64,000 nucleotides of DNA from Candidatus Auribacterota bacterium (GTDB lineage: Bacteria > Auribacterota > JAFGBW01 > JAFGJP01). Below the pieces are notes generated by a model. The model did no database searches and had not been told where the DNA came from. It was given only the letters and a program-made list of their open reading frames with translations. Location of the stretch: assembly GCA_023144635.1 (NCBI GenBank), contig JAGLFH010000030.1, forward strand, positions 18,386-82,385, written 5' to 3'. The position numbers and the translations under genes were made by a program. Within the stretch, counting starts at the first letter, position 1, and every line of letters starts with the position of its first letter. Shown piece by piece: positions 59,633 to 64,000 of this stretch.

Positions 59633-62135
59633 CTAAATTAAGAAGCTTTTTGGGAACGTAAATCTTTTTCTTAATAATTTTATCTTTTATATATTTTACT
59701 ATATTATCATTTTTTTTGCATAACTCAAAGATTTCTTCTTGAGTGGTATATTGCGTTGCAGATACAACACCGCGAAGCTTTCCGTTTATTTGTACAGGTA
59801 TTTCAATAATATCTTCTATTAAATATCTTTCATCATACTTTGGCCAATCAGCTTTAAAAACACTACTTCCTTTATCAGTTAATATACTCCAGATCTCTTC
59901 TGAAAAATGTGGGACAAAAGGGGCCAATAAAATTATTATATTTGCGCAAGACTTTCCTATTACAATGGTTGCCGTATTATCGGATGACCTTATGTACTCA
60001 GTTAGATCATTAAAGAATTCCATTATTGAAGCAATAGCTGTATTAAAATGAAATCCGTTTTCGATACTTTCTGTTATTTTTTTAACTGTTTTATTAAGTT
60101 TTACATAAAGGTCTTTTTCTTTTTGAGATAATAAACTATCTTCTATCTCTTTTTTGGTAGATAAGTATTCTTTTATAGAATCAATGTTTTCAGAAAACAT
60201 TCTCCAGCATCGTTTTAAAAAGCGGGATGCTCCTTCTACGCCCTGATCACTCCATTCAGCGTCTTTTTCAGGAGGACCAATAAATAGAGTATAAAGCCGT
60301 ACTGTATCGGCTCCGTATTTATTTATTAACGCATCAGGGCTTACAACGTTACCTTTGGATTTCGACATTTTCTCAAGCTTACCAGTTGTAGGGCTTTTTT
60401 TGCATATCATGCCTTGTGTGAATAGGTTAGCAAAGGGTTCATCAAAGCCTGTATGCTTGCAATCAAATAATACTTTTGTAATAAATCTGGAATAGAGCAG
60501 ATGAAGTATAGCATGTTCTATTCCACCAATGTACTGGTCTACAGGAAGCCATTTGTTGACATCATCAGTATTAAAAGGAGAGTTTTCATCATTTGGATTG
60601 ATATATCTTAAATAATACCAGCTAGAATCAACAAAAGTATCCATCGTTTCAGTATCTCTTTTTGCTTTTCCATTACATTTAGGGCAGGTTGTATCATAGA
60701 ATTCTTTTACATAACTAAGAGGTGATTCGCCGGTAGGTTTAAAATCTACATCTTCAGGAAGTATAACGGGAAGATCTTTAACAGGTACGGGTACAGTACC
60801 GCATTTATCACAGTAGATGATTGGAATTGGTGCACCCCAGAACCTTTGACGCGATATAAGCCAATCACGAAGACGGTAATTTATGGTTCTTTTTCCTATT
60901 TCATTTTCTTCAACAAAATCAGCCATCTTGTCCTTTGAAACATCTGTGTGAAGTCCGTCAAACTGGCCGGAATTCACTTGCAATCCTTCAGCTTCCCATG
61001 AAGCGGCCATCTCTTTAGAAGAAACTATTTCTTTATCTTTTGGTTGGATCACGATTTTAATAGGGAGATCATATTTTTTTGCAAATTCAAAATCTCTTTG
61101 ATCGTGTGCAGGTACGGCCATAATAGCGCCTGTCCCGTATCCCATAAGAACATAGTCTGATATCCACAGTGGTATTTTTTCTTTTGTAACAGGATTTGTG
61201 ATCCTTATTCCAGTATTAACACCGCGCTTTTCAGTCTCAGACATTCTCTCCTGTTCGGATTCTTTCATAACGCTTTGTACAAAAGATTTAATTTTTTCTT
61301 TTTCAGGACTTATCTCTATTATTTTTTCTACCAGAGGATGCTCGGGTGCTATAACCATAAAGGTAACGCCAAAAATAGTATCAATGCGTGTAGTAAAGCA
61401 CTTGAGAGTGGTATCAAAATCTTCTATAAAAAAATTAAGTTCTACACCGGTGCTTTTCCCTATCCAGTTGCGCTGCATAGTCTTTACGCGTGTCGGCCAG
61501 TTGTCAAGTTTATCTAGATCCTGTAAAAGACGTTCCGCATAATCTGTTATTTTAAAAAACCACTGATCAAGCGGTTTTTTTGAAACTCCGGAAGAACAGC
61601 GTTCACATACACCATCACCTATTACCTGTTCATTTGCGAGCACTGTTTTGCATGACGGGCACCAGTTCACGTAAGCAAAGTTTTTGTAAGCAAGGCCATT
61701 TTCATAAAGTTTTAGGAAAAGCCATTGTGTCCATTTGTAATAATTTGGCAAGCATGATGTTACTTCTCTTTTCCAGTCATAGCATACGCCCCATTCTCTT
61801 AATTGTTCTTTCATCTTTTTTATGTTGTTAAGTGTGCTTATTTTGGGGTGTATATTGTTTTTTATTGCAGCATTTTCAGCAGGAAGCCCAAAAGCATCCC
61901 ACCCCATAGGGGTAAGGACATGATATCCGTGAAGCATTTTATAGCGCGCAACAACATCACCTATAATATAATTTCTGCCATGACCAACATGGAGTGCTGC
62001 AGAAGGATAGGGGAACATGACAAGGCAGTAATATTTGTTTTCGCTTGTAGAGTTATTTGTTTCAAATATTTTTTTGTCCAGCCAGTATTTTTGCCATTTT
62101 TTTTCAATTTTGGCTGCATCATAAGTCTCTTGCAT
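59622..62135 (-). CDS. leuS: Leucine--tRNA ligase
   Basis: MFPYPS..LHVGH (HIGH), [11 protein letters not shown], editing [20 protein letters not shown]. Confidence 0.97.
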   Translation of the reverse strand: MQETYDAAKIEKKWQKYWLDKKIFETNNSTSENKYYCLVMFPYPSAALHVGHGRNYIIGDVVARYKMLHGYHVLTPMGWDAFGLPAENAAIKNNIHPKISTLNNIKKMKEQLREWGVCYDWKREVTSCLPNYYKWTQWLFLKLYENGLAYKNFAYVNWCPSCKTVLANEQVIGDGVCERCSSGVSKKPLDQWFFKITDYAERLLQDLDKLDNWPTRVKTMQRNWIGKSTGVELNFFIEDFDTTLKCFTTRIDTIFGVTFMVIAPEHPLVEKIIEISPEKEKIKSFVQSVMKESEQERMSETEKRGVNTGIRITNPVTKEKIPLWISDYVLMGYGTGAIMAVPAHDQRDFEFAKKYDLPIKIVIQPKDKEIVSSKEMAASWEAEGLQVNSGQFDGLHTDVSKDKMADFVEENEIGKRTINYRLRDWLISRQRFWGAPIPIIYCDKCGTVPVPVKDLPVILPEDVDFKPTGESPLSYVKEFYDTTCPKCNGKAKRDTETMDTFVDSSWYYLRYINPNDENSPFNTDDVNKWLPVDQYIGGIEHAILHLLYSRFITKVLFDCKHTGFDEPFANLFTQGMICKKSPTTGKLEKMSKSKGNVVSPDALINKYGADTVRLYTLFIGPPEKDAEWSDQGVEGASRFLKRCWRMFSENIDSIKEYLSTKKEIEDSLLSQKEKDLYVKLNKTVKKITESIENGFHFNTAIASIMEFFNDLTEYIRSSDNTATIVIGKSCANIIILLAPFVPHFSEEIWSILTDKGSSVFKADWPKYDERYLIEDIIEIPVQINGKLRGVVSATQYTTQEEIFELCKKNDNIVKYIKDKIIKKKIYVPKKLLNLVVV

Positions 62136-62215
62136 TTAGATCTCCTTGTATATTTTAGTAGGACGCAGATAAGTTTTAAGAAAAAAAGTTGTGCTTGCTT
62201 TATAAAACAGGAATT

Positions 62216-62863
62216 TTATTCTTCTTCTCCAAAAACTTGTGCAGAAAAAATAAATATTTCAGCACCTTGTTTCCATGCATCCATTCCAAGGCCTGCTTTT
62301 TGGCAGACATGTTTTAAAAATTCATCTCTATCCCATCCGTATTCGGTTGCTACCTGAGGAAGCAAAAGGCCTGAATAAAATCCTTTTTTTATATAAAGGC
62401 CGTGTTTTCCTACTTCAATTTCATCTATGGAATCTATTTTTTCAAAAGGCGTAAGAACAGATATTTCAAATCTTATCTCGGCAAGCTCTGATGCTGTTAC
62501 CGGAGAGAACCTGGTATCACGGGTTCCTGCATTAATTGCCATTTCAGCTACGGTTTCAAAAATAGGCTTAACTCCTATGATGTAGCCGATACAGCCTCGC
62601 AAGTTTCCTTTATTCTTTAGTGTTACAAAAGCTCCCATTTTTTCTTTTAATATTTCACTTTCAACAGAAAACTCTTTTTCATTGCCGTCTTTAAGATATG
62701 AATCAAGAGATTCTCTTGCAATACGCAATAGTTCTTTTTTATTGTCTTCATTTAACATTTTGACCGCCTCCCAACCGCTGCTTTCTGATACTACGACAAG
62801 CGGAGATAAAAAGTTCAATAATAAAAAAACGCTAAAAAAAAATAGAACATATTTTTTAATCAT
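62216..62863 (-). CDS. amrA: AmmeMemoRadiSam system protein A (AMMECR1 family); alternative start at 62758
   Basis: GAFVTL, LRGCIG, DTRF, EISVL, GLLLPQV; GGAGG RBS before the internal ATG at 62758. Confidence 0.9.
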   Translation of the reverse strand: MIKKYVLFFFSVFLLLNFLSPLVVVSESSGWEAVKMLNEDNKKELLRIARESLDSYLKDGNEKEFSVESEILKEKMGAFVTLKNKGNLRGCIGYIIGVKPIFETVAEMAINAGTRDTRFSPVTASELAEIRFEISVLTPFEKIDSIDEIEVGKHGLYIKKGFYSGLLLPQVATEYGWDRDEFLKHVCQKAGLGMDAWKQGAEIFIFSAQVFGEEE

Positions 62864-62941
62864 ATAAAATTAAGTTTTTCTTTAAAATCCTGTATTTTCT
62901 GTATTTAATGTTTTGTTATTATATAAAAACATTAGAAATAT

Positions 62942-63496
62942 TCAATCACGTTTTTTAAAAATGCGTATCTTTAACCTGTTGTGTATTATTTCAAATCCAA
63001 GAATAGCTATAATACCGGAGATCATATTTAAGGCAATATCCCTTAAATCGAAAAATCTTGAGGGAAGAATGAGTTGAAAAAGTTCATCAAGCACTCCAAT
63101 CAGGCTTGTTACGATAATTGCTGTTGTGTATTGTAGTTTTACAGGAAAGTTCCATGATGCTGATTTTCTTACGATTAGGGCAAGTATGCCAAATTCCAGA
63201 AAATGAAATTTTTCCTCGATCGTCTCAGTGGTTTTGAGCAGAGATGCAAGCAGAAAAGTCAGAAAGAGAAGCCCTGCAGCCGAGCGAACATTAAAAAAGT
63301 GGGGATTTTTTTTGATATATAAGATTATGAAAACTGTTGATATTGCAAAACCCGAGTAAATAGTTATAGTTAGAAACCCAGCTTTTCTAAAGGCATTACT
63401 GATATCACGTGCAAAAATTGTGAAAATAAAGATAAAAAGTGTATAAAGAATAACGGCAGCGAAATATTTCTTTTTTTGAGAGTTATCTAAGATCAT
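62942..63496 (-). CDS. VanZ-like family membrane protein
   Basis: EKFHFLEFGIL and DELFQLILPSRFFDLRDIALN motifs. Confidence 0.8.
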   Translation of the reverse strand: MILDNSQKKKYFAAVILYTLFIFIFTIFARDISNAFRKAGFLTITIYSGFAISTVFIILYIKKNPHFFNVRSAAGLLFLTFLLASLLKTTETIEEKFHFLEFGILALIVRKSASWNFPVKLQYTTAIIVTSLIGVLDELFQLILPSRFFDLRDIALNMISGIIAILGFEIIHNRLKIRIFKKRD

Positions 63497-63638
63497 ACAA
63501 GCACATTATAGATCACAAGTAAATTTATTTGAATATTTAATAATTGTTTTGATTAGATATAAAAAAAATCAAATTTATTTTTACAATTTTAAGTCTATGG
63601 TAATATATGTATACTTACTTAAAAAAAGAGGTTGGAAA

Positions 63639-64000
63639 ATGAAAAATTTTGTTTTTGCAATTTTGTTTTCGCTTGTTTTATCTTTGTGTTCGTTTGTCTT
63701 CTCAGATGATGTTATAGATTCAATAAATGAGGGAATTGAACAGTATAAGAATAAGCAATATAAATCAGCTATTGAGAGTTTTGAATATGCAAGCGGTCTT
63801 CTTCGGCAAAAAAGGAGTGAGATGCTGGCTACTTTTTTGCCTGAAGCAATGATAGGGTGGCAATCAGGTGAAGCTGAATCAAGCGCTATTACGCGAGCTA
63901 TGTTCGGTGGCGGTATAAGCGCAAAACGTAAATATACAAAAGGGACTTCATCAGTAGAAATAAACTGTATGACAGATTCTCCTATACTGCAAAGCATGAT
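63639..64000 (+). CDS. Exported hypothetical protein, 3'-truncated by window edge (not in ORF track)
   Basis: GAGG RBS; MKNFVFAILFSLVLSLCSFVFSDDVIDSINEGIEQYKNKQYKSAIESFEYASGLLRQKRSE... stays open to the end of the window. Confidence 0.75.
   Translation, partial: MKNFVFAILFSLVLSLCSFVFSDDVIDSINEGIEQYKNKQYKSAIESFEYASGLLRQKRSEMLATFLPEAMIGWQSGEAESSAITRAMFGGGISAKRKYTKGTSSVEINCMTDSPILQSM

Noticed and set aside
1074..62867. Numerous short antisense or overlapping ORFs in the track (e.g. 1074-1268, 13279-13755, 26316-26738, 61803-62357)
   Set aside because: They lie opposite or inside well-supported genes, the tRNA or repeats, and show no recognisable motifs.
63581..63997. Minus-strand 138-aa ORF at the window end
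   Set aside because: It is the shadow of a plus-strand gene starting at 63639 that has an RBS and signal peptide.

Overview
AT-rich chromosomal window from a diderm bacterium, probably an anaerobe (it encodes outer-membrane barrels and IorAB); the lineage cannot be fixed from sequence alone. Left to right: a 5'-truncated PAS histidine kinase; tRNA-Arg(ACG) directly followed by tadA; rpmH-rnpA-yidD-yidC (no dnaA beside it) running into trpB2-iorA-iorB; a convergent porin-paaK-ACT-livKHMGF operon ending in a degenerate paaK copy; a metal permease; a decayed GxxExxY element; envelope-modification genes; a second livK; a ~20 kb chemosensory island bracketed by two paralogous porin genes; peptidases; a long coiled-coil protein with a sigma54-type promoter; AmmeMemoRadiSam A and B; MgtC; a broken comEC; PilZ/HAMP genes; leuS; a VanZ-like gene. 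The island holds a rhodanese, three MCPs (two with single in-frame stops), a stand-alone TtrS-like binding protein, cheW x2, cheR, cheB, a two-Hpt cheA, cheD, cheC and several receivers. The most notable signal is a GxxExxY nuclease-family gene between cheB and cheA, enclosed by inverted arrays of short repeats and bounded by TTAA on both sides; removing it restores a 15-nt cheB-cheA junction. A second, decayed GxxExxY gene has its own different inverted repeat arrays, and an orphan arm has the same unit spacing. Together these suggest a small nuclease-encoding mobile element family with no recognisable transposase. Intergenic regions also carry many REP-like hairpins and an IS200/IS605 right-end-like relic.
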